Positions 27,789-39,977 of a stretch of 64,000 nucleotides of DNA are shown here, in pieces. The DNA is taken from contig NW_021835957.1 of assembly GCF_006345805.1 (NCBI RefSeq), forward strand, positions 1 to 64,000, given 5' to 3'. This DNA is from Octopus sinensis. Lineage: Eukaryota. The position numbers and the translations under genes were made by a program. The notes below the pieces were generated by a model. That model saw nothing but the letters and a program-made list of their open reading frames with translations. It was not told the DNA's origin and did no database searches. Within the stretch, counting starts at the first letter, position 1. Each line of letters starts with the position of its first letter.

Positions 27789-29817
27789 TTCCTGATTCAG
27801 TAATAATGTCATTCTGTCTAAAACCTACAACTACGGATATCGGCGTGACGTGAAAAAGATGAAATTCCACGAGATAGTCCAGTATCGAGAGGTTACTACA
27901 TCAGGGTTTGTTTTGGTTCTTCCACCTTCAGCGGCTACCAACAGAGAAGATTGAGCAGCCAGTTCAAAAACAAATGAGGTTGGCTAAATAAAGTAATAAC
28001 TCCAGTAAGTTTTTTCAAGGCCATGAAATTAGCAAAAAATTAAAAAGAACGATTCGACTTTTATCGCACACGTAAACTAAAGAGTTAAAAAATTGTTGAA
28101 AAGGCGCCAATTTTGAAAAATATGCTTGGGAGGAGGGGTCGCTCTCCTAGCATCCCTATTTGTTACTCCACTGCCCACAGGATGTCCACCATGCACACAA
28201 TATGCGGTTTATTAACTTTTACCGCACAACTAATTTTAACTTGCTTTCCGATTCACTGGAATATAATGACTTGATTTAAAGTTTTCATATTCAGTATTAC
28301 TAACCTTTATCAGTATACTACTAACAACGATAATTGTGTTTCTCATTCTATCGTTCTGTTTGTTGTCTTAAGTGTCAATGACAGTTTAGACTGTGGTACA
28401 AGGATAACAAGTCAGAAACTAGAAGATCAGGCATAAAGTTTTAAGTATTTGTTATCTTAAATGATTTTATAGATTGATTAAACTACGTGTCAAATTGTTA
28501 CTAACTACAGGGTCATTGTTGCACGTCCAGGAAAAGATGCAGGCTAATTCATCTACGAACTGTATTTCTGTACTAATCTTAATATAGATGTGGAATAATC
28601 GTTTCTTTTGTGAGGAACGACGATGAATATCTAATAGTTGTGTGTGTATGTTTGATTATTTGTTTTCTATGTTCATATTATGTAAACAAATATACGCGTA
28701 TATAAAACCCAGAGCATAAGAGAAAGGAAGGAGCGAATTAAAAAAGAGAAAAAACGACAATCATTTGAACAATTTTGAAAGAGAACTTAAATTACTCAGA
28801 TTCTTATGCCAAGAATGTCTTTATTCTCTCAAAGATTAGAAGTTGGATAAATAATGCTGTTGTCAGTCATAACTTTGGTATGGATGCTTCCAGAAAAAAC
28901 AAAAAAAAAAAAAGATGTTCGATGATAGTGATTCTTCAACATCGCGCGCGCGTGCACGTGTGCTTTTGCGCTCACATATGTGTGTAAGTGTGTAACGACA
29001 TAACTGGGAGGCGACGTCAATGTAACAAAATAACGATGAACTTTGAATGATGACGCATCGGAGAAATGAATGGATGAAGAACAATATTAATTATAAAGAT
29101 GACCATTTATTTAGTAGGTTATATACATACATATATGTGTACAACGAAAAATACGAAGTACGACTACATGGAATACGAACTGTTTTTTCGAGCAACGAAA
29201 GACACAAATAGAAAACAAGACAAACAACATAAAGAACGACCTTTCATCAGTTGTTGGCTGTTTTTCTACTCTCGTATTTCGAACATTTAACAACAAGATA
29301 CGCTTTCGATAAAACAGTTGCTCCCGCAAAACAAATTAAATAAAATTTGGGATTTTGCGGAGGGTCAAAATTGGTAACACAAACAGGAAGGGCTGCTAAG
29401 CCTAAACGAGGTTGTGGTGGCGAACGCATAAATCAAGCTTGGACAGGAGACAGACAAGAAGACGTCTTCCTTGTTCCAGCTACAACGTAGAGAAAGAAAG
29501 AAACACAAGTTAGGAGAAGAAAGAAAGATGGTCACGTGGGAGCCGCGTGAGCAAGGGAGGGAGAGAGTGTGACAGAGTAATAGAATAGAGTAGTGGGAGA
29601 TGAGGAGGTAAAAGAATAAGACAGAGAAAGAGAGAAAAACAAAAAAGTGAGAAGATAGTATAGAGTGCGCATCAGAATTATGAAGATAAAACTTACTTGG
29701 AAGAGGATGCGTGGCGTTCAATAATATAACAATATAAATAATACACACACACACACATATATATATAGTCGTCATGATAGATCGAAAACGATATATGTGC
29801 GTGCGCGTGTGTGTGTG

Positions 29818-30440
29818 TGTAACAGTTGGTATTCGTTGCAGTCGAGGGTCACCAATCATAACGGTTAAACAATAAAATGGAACGTCGGAGTCATCACCAA
29901 TTGTAACGGTTGTTGTTGTTAAGGTGTTGGTAGCCAGTATGCAAGATGGAAGAAGAACAGTGATCGAAGTTGTAAAGAGATACTTATTTACCGTTACTTT
30001 GTATATATCCAAAACCACGATGGGTTGGTATGTATAATTAGTAAATGGAAAAGCATGCGAGGTAAAAAGAGTCAATTTCGGTTGGTATATGTGTACACGT
30101 TCTCATAGTAGTATATATAGGGAGATATGGTAATGTTGCAGAGAAAAGAAAGTGTGTTAGTGAAAGTGAGAGAGTTGAGGGAAGTTGCATCACATAGTTG
30201 CTGATTGTAACTTTCTTTTCCCCCTCTGGCCGTTTGGTCTCTAGTGGCTGCCTGCTTGTGACCATGACTCTAGTTGTCTGAAAACATTTCCTTATTCAAA
30301 TTCCATTCTGTTCTATTGAATGTTAACGTTCAAGCTGTGTAAATGCTCTCATCCTGGATCGGAATAAATCCCTCTTGTACATGAAGTCTTCTCAAATCTA
30401 ACACGAGTTGTTGTTGTTCCTCACTTGATTGATTCTAACA
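29818..30440 (+). mobile_element. Possible solo LTR
   Basis: TGTAAC...CTAACA ends, TATA-like at ~30112 and AATAAA at 30363. No TSD seen. Confidence 0.3.
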
Positions 30441-30473
30441 GCAATCAAAGGATGACCGAACATTATATTAAAT

Positions 30474-30777
30474 TGTTGTTTGTTCCTTCTCAAGCCACAC
30501 CTGGCTCATAGGGCCGGTTTCCCGGTTTCCTTGGCGTATAGGTTCCCCACCTGGACGGGACGCCGGCTTATCGCAGGTGAGCTGCAAGATGCAGGAAGAA
30601 AGAGTGAGAGAAAGTTGTGGCAAAAGAGTCAGTAGAAGTTCGCCATTATATTCTGCAGGAGCCTCGTGGAGCTTAGGTTTTCGCTCATAAACACGCACAT
30701 CGCCCAGTCAGAGATTCGAACCCGCGATCTCTCGACCGCAAGTCCACTGCTCTAACCACTAGGCCATATGCCTCCAC
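30474..30777 (-). mobile_element. tRNA-derived SINE (family E) with intact A/B boxes
   Basis: The minus strand starts GTGGAGGCATATGGCCTAGTGGTTAGAGCAG...GGGTTCGAATC and has a (CAA)-type tail. The 3' part recurs at ~55043-55175. Confidence 0.8.
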
Positions 30778-31029
30778 TTATATTAAATTAGTTGACTAAA
30801 AACCCGCTAAAACATTTTCCTGTCACCCCCATCAATTTTGCCAACCACCATCATATTTTGTTGTTGTTGTTTTTCTTTCTTTCTTTCTGCTATTGGCACA
30901 AGGTTTGAAATTTTTTGGAGAGGGACTAGTCTATTACATCGACTTCAGTGCACCGAAAGGCAAAGTCGACCCCGTGCTAATGATTCTGTCGGCTCTCCAC
31001 TTTTTTACTCTTTAATATTAAGATAACGC

Positions 31030-31444
31030 CAGGCAAGCAAGCTGGCAGAAACGTTAGCACGCCAGGCGAAATGCGTAGCCGTATTTCGTCTGCCGTTTCG
31101 TTCTTAGTCCAAATTCCGCCGAGGTCGACTTTGCCTTTCATCCTTTCTGGGTCGATAAATTGAGAACCAGTTGCGCACTGGAGTCGATGTAATCGACTTA
31201 AATCTGTTTGTTTGTCCCCTCTGTGTTTAGCCCCTTGTGGGTAGTAAAGAAATAGGTATTTCGTCTGCCGCTACGTTCTGAGTTCAAATTCCGCCGAGGT
31301 CGACTTTGCCTTTCATCCTTTCGGGGTCGATAAATTGAGTACCAGTTGCACACTGGGGTTGATATAATCGACTTGATCTGTTTGTCTGTCCTTGATTGTC
31401 CTCTCTGTGTTTAGCCCCTTGTGGGTAGTAAAGAAATAGGTATT
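31030..31444 (+). mobile_element. tRNA-derived SINE family C with internal ~180-bp tandem duplication
   Basis: GCTGGCAGAAACGTTAGCAC head. The block GTATTTCGTCTGCCG...GTCGACTTTGCCTTTCATCCTTTC...AAAGAAATAGGTATT is present twice. The central motif resembles the MetaSINE/Sauria-type domain (from memory). Other copies at ~19545, 20383, 41790(-), 42600(-), 46196(-), 46930. Confidence 0.8.
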
Positions 31445-31477
31445 ACAGTTCTATATTTAAAAGATGAGGAATTATGT

Positions 31478-31939
31478 ACATTATTTACATTTGACGAATA
31501 TTTGTCCTCGTCTTGTTTGTTGTTAGCACAACGTTTCGGCTGATATACCCTCCAGCCTTCATCAGGTGTCTTGGGGAAATTTCGAACCTGGATTCTCATT
31601 CCTAAGGTATTTTTCGATGTTGTTGTTATTATTATCATCATCATCATCATCATCATCATCATTATTATTATTATTATCATTATTCAGGTCACTGCCTGGA
31701 ATCGAACTGGGAATCTTGGAGTTAAGAGCGCGGACAACTAACCTCAAGATTCCGAGTTCGATTCCAGGCAGTGACCTGAATAATAATAATAATTACAACA
31801 TTGAAAAATGCCTTAGGAATGAAAACCCAAGTTCGAAATTTCCCCAAGACATCTGATGAAGGCTGAAGGGTATATCATGCCGAACACTGTACTAACAACA
31901 AACAAAATGAGGACAAATATCCGTCAAATGTAAATAATG
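31478..31939. mobile_element. Head-to-head palindromic element: tRNA-like head + (AAT)n + Penelope-type hammerhead-bearing tail on each arm
   Basis: Arms 31478-31713 and ~31745-31939 are reverse complements. There is a B-box GTTCGATTCC on both strands near the centre and a CTGATGA core on each arm. Confidence 0.8.
31525..31570 (-). ncRNA. Minimal type I hammerhead ribozyme motif
   Basis: The minus strand reads GACAC-CUGAUGA-A-GGCUG-GAGGGUAUAU-CAGCC-GAAA-CGUU^GUG. Catalytic boxes are intact, stem II has 5 bp, stem III is a palindromic minimal AACGUU with a GUU triplet, and stem I is CAC/GUG. Confidence 0.65.
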
Positions 31940-32776
31940 TGCTTAGCAGTATTTCTGAAAGCTACAAGGGAACAAAATCGGTGGGACACACATGAGTAGG
32001 TATGCCTGTTTTGTTTATTTCCTTTGGGGTGGGAATCGATAAAGTAAATACCAGAAATATTCCTAGAGTTGTATCTGTAGGTTGTACCTATTCCTTCTCT
32101 AAAATGTGTGGCTTTTGCAAATTGAAAACTCGATCGATATTTAAGGAAACACTCAGGAACTTTTGCGAAGAAAAATAAACAATGGTTACCAAGACAAGTC
32201 GAGACATGTTTCCGACTTCCATATTACAGTTCTAATCCTCTTAAATTAGTGACTAGATAAGACTAGTGTGACCAAAAGATTTAACAGCATTAGGAACATA
32301 GACATTGAAATGACTTTATGGTGGCAATTCATGATAAGCAATTGAAAACTTTGAATTTTCATTTTATTTGACAATGCAGTAGCTTGCTAATCTTTTTTAC
32401 TCAAATAACAAGGAATCGTAAGATTTATGCTTGGCTTGTATTTTCCAGATGACCGGTGCATTTCCTTATGTATGACACGCTGTTCTAGTGTGTCTGGCTT
32501 TTCTCACGAAAGGGTATTTTTAAGCAGCGTTGCAATCTATTTAGAGTTAGACTGACACAGTTGTTAGAAGTTGAGCATCTCAGCTATGGACAGTATAGTG
32601 CTGATGACAGGATCGAACAGTCGGTCTCTCGGCTGGTTCTCCGATATTCTATCGGCCTCCAACTTCTGTGAATACAATCCCAAAAGATTATTAGTATTAG
32701 TAAGAAAGATATCGAGTCAAGAAAATTAAGTTATTTTCTGCTAAGCTAGTAAGCACTTGTAGCAGACCCTTAGTGA

Positions 32777-32779
<3 letters not shown>

Positions 32780-32865
<86 letters not shown>
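32780..32865. repeat. (CT)n microsatellite
   Basis: Direct reading. Confidence 0.95.
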
Positions 32866-32869
<4 letters not shown>

Positions 32870-33822
32870 ATATATAACATAAATACAAACATAGCAGATA
32901 ACAGCTAACATTCGGCCGCTTGGACCCTGTTGGGTCCACTACTTTGATTGCTTGGTATTGGCGCAATTTGTCTCTTGCTCTATTACGCGCCAATGTGCAA
33001 CCCAACCAATCGCAGCCTTCTAATAAGATCCGTGACACAGTTTTTCTAAAGCTCTGTTTGAGCCTATAATTTGCTATAAAACTTCAGCGATTCACTGTAT
33101 TTCGTCTTTGGTTCTAGACCTTCTAAAGTCTAACCACTGACCACAGAGCACTCAACCAGTTCCAACGACTACACCAGTAACAACTTGGAGGAACATCAGC
33201 ACTTCGTCTAGCAGGATTCGGGCCCTCCATCAACGTCGCCATCATCTTATCGACGCCAACATCTCTACATACACAGCATCATTCGCTCAAGTTTAACTCC
33301 TCACTGTTTGTGAATTATTTCACTATGGTTAACAGTAAGCTCAACCTGCGAGAACCTTCAGTACCAAGTAACCCAGCAGCAGCATGGTAGCCACCACTTC
33401 TTCGTGCAACACGTACTGCACAGGCTCTGCTATTTCGCCTCAACTTCTTGTTAAAGCACTTCAACTATTGTGTACCTTACTACAAACTGGTATTTATCTT
33501 CATTGTGTCTGAACTTCTTCTAGCGTTCTGTTATAGACTCTTTATTTTATCTCACACATACACACTTGTTTGTACACTCATACACATTATGTATGCATGA
33601 CGGCCTGTCTATTGTTATTATTATATATGTACTTATGTCGTACACACAGACACACACTGCTAACACAAATAAAACCTTTCTCTTAACATTCTATGGTTGT
33701 GTTGTCTTTCTTTTCCTTCTGGCACTCATACTCCTCCATTTTTGCTTTTATTGTAAGCGACCATGCAGTGTATTAAAGGAGTCATTCATTCGTCACCTCT
33801 CCTTTCACACGGTTGTTCTACA
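32866..33822 (+). mobile_element. LTR-like repeat (probable solo LTR), homologous to 43463-44409
   Basis: Begins TGTTA and ends CTACA, with AATAAA at ~33668. Colinear blocks (ACCCTGTTG.GTCCACT...CCAACCAATC...AGACCTTCTAA.GTCTA..CACTGACCACAGAGC) are shared with 43463-44409. Confidence 0.55.
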
Positions 33823-34139
33823 CACTCTTTTTGTATGAATGAGTTAGGTCATGTGTCATTCGTCGATTTTAGTTCGGCGTGTTCACCAAATGGTGGATGG
33901 GTGTTATGTTATTATGTTGAGTCTTGAGCAAATAAGAAATTATCTTCAGTCATGTTTTATTGATAACACTAAACATAATACTTTGCAATATTTTCACTTG
34001 TCGAGGATGTATTATTTATAAATCACTTAAAAGTTCTCAGAAAAATTGTTAGTGGTAACAGGAATAATTTTTCAGTGGAGATTTTGAGAGATGAAAATTA
34101 TCTTGTCAAACGCAAAACGGGAAATCCACTTAGCTTGCA

Positions 34140-34520
34140 TCTCTCTCTATATAAACGGCAGTTTGTCTGTGCGTGTTTCTGTGTGTCTGTTTGCTTGTAC
34201 CCTCACCCTGACCACGGCTTTCAACCGATTCTGATGAAACTTGACACACACATAGCCCAATGTCATAATTCAAAACTAACGCAGCGAAAATTTTGAAAAG
34301 TTCCCCCAGTTCTGAAAAAATCGATAAATTCGACATGGGGTCGAGAATCAGAAACACAAACCGCAAACTGTCTAGGGGACGCAACTCCACCTTTTTTAAC
34401 TAAAAAAAAATTTACCATCGTTTTTTTCCATTTTTTTGTTATTTTTTGGCTATAACTCTCTAAAAATGCTTTATAGTTATTTCCCTTACAAACCTGAGCA
34501 ACGCCGGGGGATACTGCTAG
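34140..34520 (+). mobile_element. Short non-autonomous Helitron (381 bp)
   Basis: A^TC 5' end (TCTCTCTCTATATAAA), subterminal GC-rich hairpin CCTGAGCAACGCCGGG, and a 3' CTAG^T end. This is the canonical Helitron AT-target structure. Confidence 0.75.
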
Positions 34521-34869
34521 TTTATATATAAAAGTGAAGTTGTGTGTCTGTCTCCTACGATTTAGATTCCTAACTACTCCCACATTTTGCGGTGCAGTGT
34601 AACCAAAAGCGGGTATCTTATAGTCGTGATTCATATCGAGCCCTTCCGGGTATTAGCGCGCGTCTACGATGAGTCTACGATTTAAAAAAAAAATTAGCAT
34701 CATGTTTTTCCATTTTAATGCATTTTTTTCGTTATTATATAAGGGAAGTAACTCTCTAAAAATGTCTACGATGAGTCAACGATTTAAAAAAAATTTACGA
34801 TAATTTTTTTTCCAATTTTAATGAATTTTTTTGCTATTTTTTGGCTATAACTCTCTGAAAATGCTTACA

Positions 34870-35271
34870 TTCTTCTTCTTCTTGTTTCAGTCATTTGACT
34901 GCGGCCATGCTGGAGCACCGCCTTTAGTCGAGCAAATCGACCCCAGGACTTATTCTTTGTAAGCCCAGTACTTATTCTACCTGTCTCTTTTGCCGAACCG
35001 CTAAGTAACGGGGACGTAACCACACCAGCATCGGTTGTCAAGCAATGCTAGGGGGACAAACACAGACACACAAACACACACATATACATATATACACATA
35101 CATATATACGACAGGCTTCTTTCAATTTCCGTCTACCAAATCCACTCACAAGTCATTGGTCGGCCCGGGGCTATAGTAGAAGACACTTGCCCAAGATGTC
35201 ACGCAGTGGGACTGAACCCGGAACCATGTGGTTGGTTAGCAAGCTACTTACCACACAGCCACTCCTGCGCC
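34870..35271 (-). mobile_element. Full-length SINE family A, minus strand
   Basis: Reverse complement of the 17730 copy, ending CCACTCCTGCGCC. Confidence 0.9.
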
Positions 35272-35434
35272 ATTATATATATATATTCTCTCCCAATTTC
35301 GCAGTGTGTGTATGTGCATAAATAAATGTATTTACGGTAATGTATCCCATTGCTTAGGTTATAATATTTCATTAATATATGTTTTGATGAACGTCAGATC
35401 TGATAACAAGATTGCTTTACACCATTCAAGGCCT

Positions 35435-38400
35435 CAGAGATCAAAGAGGAGTGCCGACAGAGATCAAAGAGGGGTGCCGACAGAGATCAAAGAGGGGTAC
35501 CGACAGAGATCAAAGAGGGGTGCCGACAGAGATCAAAGAAGGTGTCGACAGAGATCGAAGAGGGTGCCGACAGAGATCAAAGAGGGTGCCGACAGAGATC
35601 AAAGGGGTGCCGACAGAGATCAAAGAGGGGTGCCGACAGATATCAAAGGAGGTCCCGACAGAAATCAAAGAGGGGTGCCGACAGAGATCAAAGGGGGTGT
35701 CGACAGAGATCAAAGAGGGGTGCCGACAGAGGTTAAAAAGGGTGCCGACAGAGGTTAAAAAGGGTGCCGACAGAGGTTAAAAAGGGTGCCGACAGAGATC
35801 AAAGTGAGTGCCGACAGAGATCAAAGAGGGGTGCTGACAAGGATCAAAGGGGGTGCCGACAGAGATCAAAGAGGGGTGTCGACAGTGATCAAAGAGGGGT
35901 GCCGACAGAGATAAAAGGGGGTGCCGACAGAGATCAAAGAGGGGTGCCGACAGCAATCAAAGAGGGTGCCGACAGAGATCAGAGGGGTGCCGACAGAGAT
36001 CAAAGAGGGGTGCCGACAGGAATCAAAGAGGGTGCCGACAGAGATCAAAGAGGGGTGCCGACAGAGATCAAAGAGGGGTGCCGACAGAGATCAAAGAGGG
36101 GTGCCGACAGAGATCAAAGAGGGTGCCGACAGAGATCAAAGACGGGTGCCGACAGATATCAAAGGGGGTGTACAGAGATCAAAGTGGTGCCGACAGAGAT
36201 GAAAGAGGGGTACCGACAGAGATCAAAGAGGGGTGCCGACGGAGATCAAAGAGGGATGCCGACAGAGATCAAAGAGTGGTGCCGACAGAGATCAAAGAGG
36301 GATGCACAGAGATCAAAGGGGGTGCCGACAGAGATCAAAGGGGGTGCCGACAGAGATCAAAGGGGTGCCGACAGAGATCAAAGAGGGGTGCCGACAGAGA
36401 TCAAAGAGGGTGCTGAAAGAGATCAAAGAGGGGTGCCGACAGAGATAAAAGAGGGTGCCGACAGAGATCAAAGAGGGGTACCTACAGAGATCAATGGGGG
36501 TGCCGACAGAAATCAAAGAGAGGTGCCGACAAAGATCAAAGAGGGGTACCGACAGAGATCAAAGGGGGTGCCGACAGAGACCAAAGAGAGTGCCGACAGA
36601 GATCAAACAGGGGTGCCGACAGAGATCAAAAAGGGTGCCGACAGAGATCAAAGGGGGTGCCGACAGAGATCAAAGAGGGGTGCTGACAAAGATCAAAAGG
36701 GGTGCCGACAGAGATCAAAGAGGGGTGTCGACAGAGATCAAAGAGGGGTGCCGACAGAGATCAAAGGGTGTGCCGACAGAGATCAAAGAGGGGTGCCGAC
36801 AGAGATCAAAGAGGGATGCCGACAGAGATCAAAGAGGGGTATCGACAGAGATAAAAGAGGGTGCCGACAGAGATCAAAGAGGGTTGCCGACAGCAATCAA
36901 AGAGGGTGCCGACAGAGATCAAAGAGGGGTGCCGACAGAGATCAAAGAGGGGTGCCGACAGAGATCAAAGAGGGGTGCCGACAGAGATCAAAGAGGGGTG
37001 CCGACAGAGATCAAAGGGGATGCACAGAGATCAAAGGGGTGCTGACAGAGATCAAAGGGGGTGCCGACAGAGATCAAAGAGGGTGCCGACAGAGATCAAA
37101 GACGGGTGCCGACAGATATCAAAGGGGGTGTACAGAGATCAAAGGGGTGCCGACAGAGATCAAAGAGGGGTACCGACAGAGATCAAAGAGGGGTGCCGAC
37201 GGAGATCAAAGAGGGATGCCGACAGAGATCAAAGAGGGGTGTCGACAGAGATCAAAGAGGGATGCACAGAGATCAAAGGTGGTGCCGACAGAGATCAAAG
37301 GGGGTGCCGACAGAGATCAAAGGGGGTGCCGACAGAGATCAAAGAGGGGTGCCGACAGAGATCAAAGAGAGGTGCCGACAGAGATCAAAGAGGGTGCCGA
37401 AAGAGATCAAAGAGGGGTGCCGACAGAGATAAAAGAGGGTGCCGACAGAGATCAAAGAGGGGTACCTACAGAGATCAATGGGGGTGCCGACAGAAATCAA
37501 AGAGAGGTGCCGACAAAGATCAAAGAGGGGTGCCGACAGAGATCAAAGGGGGTGCGGACAGAGACCAAAGAGAGTGCCGACAGAGATCAAAGAGGGGTGC
37601 CGACAGAGATCAAAAAGGGTGCCGACAGAGATCAAAGGGGGTGCCGACAGAGATCAAAGAGGGGTGCTGACAAAGATCAAAAGGGGTGCCGACAGAGATC
37701 AAAGAGGGGTGTCGACAGAGATCAAAGAGGGGTGCCGACAGAGATCAAAGGGGGTGCCGACAGAGATCAAAGAGGGGTGCCGACAGAGATCAAAGAGGGA
37801 TGCCGACAGAGATCAAAGAGGGTACCGACAGAGATCAAAGAGGGGTATCGACAGAGATAAAAGAGGGTGCCGACAGAGATCAAAGAGGGGTACCGACAGA
37901 GATCAATGGGGGTGCCGACAGAAATCAAAGAGAGGTGCCGACAGAGATCAAAGAGGGGTGCCGACAGAGATCAAAGGGGGTGCCGACAGAGACCAAAGAG
38001 GGTGCTGACAGAGATCAAAGAGGGGTACCGACAGAGATAAAAGAGGGTGCCGACAAAGATCAAAGAGGGGTACCGACAGAGATCAAAGGGGGTGCCGACA
38101 GATGTCAAAGAGATAAAAGAGGGTGCCGACAGAGATCAAAGAGGGGTACCGACAGAAATCAAAAAGGGGTGCCGACAGAGATCAAAGAGGGATGCCGACA
38201 GAGATCAAAGAGGGTGTCGACAGAGATCAATTGGGATGCCGACAGAAATCAAAGAGAGGTGCCGACAGAGAGCAAAGGGGTGCCGACAGAGATCAAAGGG
38301 GGTGCCGACAGAGATCAAAGAGGGGTGCTGATATAGATCAAAGGGGGTGCCGCCAGAGATCAAAAAGGGTGCCGAAAGATATAAACGAGATCAAAGAGGG

Positions 38401-39977
38401 GTGCCGACAGAGATCAAAGAGGGATGCACAGAGATCAAAGGGAGTGCCGACAGAGATCAAAGGGGGTGCCGACAGATATCAAAGACGGGTATCTACAGAG
38501 ATAAAAGAGGGTGCCGACAGAGATCAAAGAGGGGTACCGACAGAGATCAAAAAGGGGTGCCGACAGAGATCAAAGAGGGATGCCGACAGAGATCAAAGAG
38601 GGTGCCGACAGAGATCAATTGGGGTGCCGACAGAAATCAAAGAGATGTGCCGACAGAGAGCAAAGGGGGTGCCGACATAGACCAAAGAGGGTGCCGACAG
38701 AGATCAAAGAGGGGTGATGATAGAGATCAAAGGGGTGCCGCCAGAGATCAAAAAGGGTGCCGAAAGATATAAAAGAGATCAAAGAGGGGTGCCGACAGAG
38801 ATCAAAGAGGGGTGCCGATAGAGATCAAAGGGGGTGACGACAGAGATCAATTGGGGTGCCGACAGAAATCAAAGAGAGGTGCCGACAGAGAGCAAAGGGG
38901 TGCCGACAGAGATCAAAGGGGATGCCGACAGAGACCAAAGAGGGTGCCGACAGAGATCAAAGAGGGGTTCCGACAGAGATCAAAGAGGGGTGCCGACAGA
39001 GATCAAAGAGGGGTGCCGACAGAGATCAAAGAGGGTGCCGACAGAGATCAAAGAGGGTGCCGACAGAGATCAAAGAGGGATGCACAGATATCAAAGGGAG
39101 TGCCGACAGAGATCAAAGGGGGTGCCGACAGAGATCAAAGAGGGGTGCCGAAAGAGATCAAAGAGGGGTGCCGATAGAGATCAAAGAAGGGTGCCGACAA
39201 GGATCAAAGAGGGTGCCGACAGAGATCAATGGGGTGCCGACAGAGATGAAAGGGGGTGCCAACAGAGATCAAAGAGGGGTGCCGACAGAGATCAAAGGTG
39301 GTGCCGACAGAGATCAAAGAGGGGTACGACAGAGATCAAAGGGTGTGCCGACAGATACCAAAGAGGGGTATAGACAGAGATCAAAAAGGGGTACCGACAG
39401 AGATCAAAGAGGGATGCCGACAGAGATCAAAGAGGGGTGTCGACAGAGATCAAAGAGGGATGCACAGAGATCAAAGGGGGTGCCAACAGAGATCAAAGGG
39501 GGTGCCGACAGAGATCAAAGAGGGGTGCCGAAAGAGATCAAAGAGGGTGTCGATAGAGATCAAAGAAGGGTGCCGACAAGGATCAAAGAGGGTGCCGACA
39601 GAGATCAATGGGGTGCCGATAGAGATCAAAGAAGGGTGCCGACAGAGATCAATGGGGGTTCCGACAGAGATCAAAGAGGGGTGCCGACAGAGATCAAAGA
39701 GGTGTGCCGAGAGAGACCAAAGGGTTGCCGAAATAGATCAAAGAGGGTGCCGAGATCAAAGAGGGTGACAGAGATCAAAGGAGGTACCGACAGAGATTAA
39801 AGGGGATGCCGACATAGATCAAAGAGGGGTGCCGACATAGATCAAAGAGGGGTGCCGACAGAGATCAAAGGGGGTGCCGACAGAGATCAAAGAGAGGTGT
39901 CGACAGATATCAAAAGGGGTGTCGACAGAGATCAAAGAGTGTGCCGAAAAAGATCAAAGAGGGTGCCGAAAGAGATC
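35435..39977 (+). repeat. Satellite/minisatellite array, consensus GGGGTGCCGACAGAGATCAAAGA (23 bp, variants 19-23), roughly 200 units
   Basis: Direct reading; the copy number is estimated as length/unit. Each unit contains AGATCAAAG and GCCG. Confidence 0.97.

Noticed and set aside
29365-30075. 236-aa hydrophobic minus-strand ORF
   Set aside because: It spans low-complexity and LTR-like DNA and has no recognisable domain or splice structure.
30700-30777. tRNA gene
   Set aside because: A/B boxes are present but no complete cloverleaf or acceptor stem, and it continues into a SINE body repeated elsewhere.
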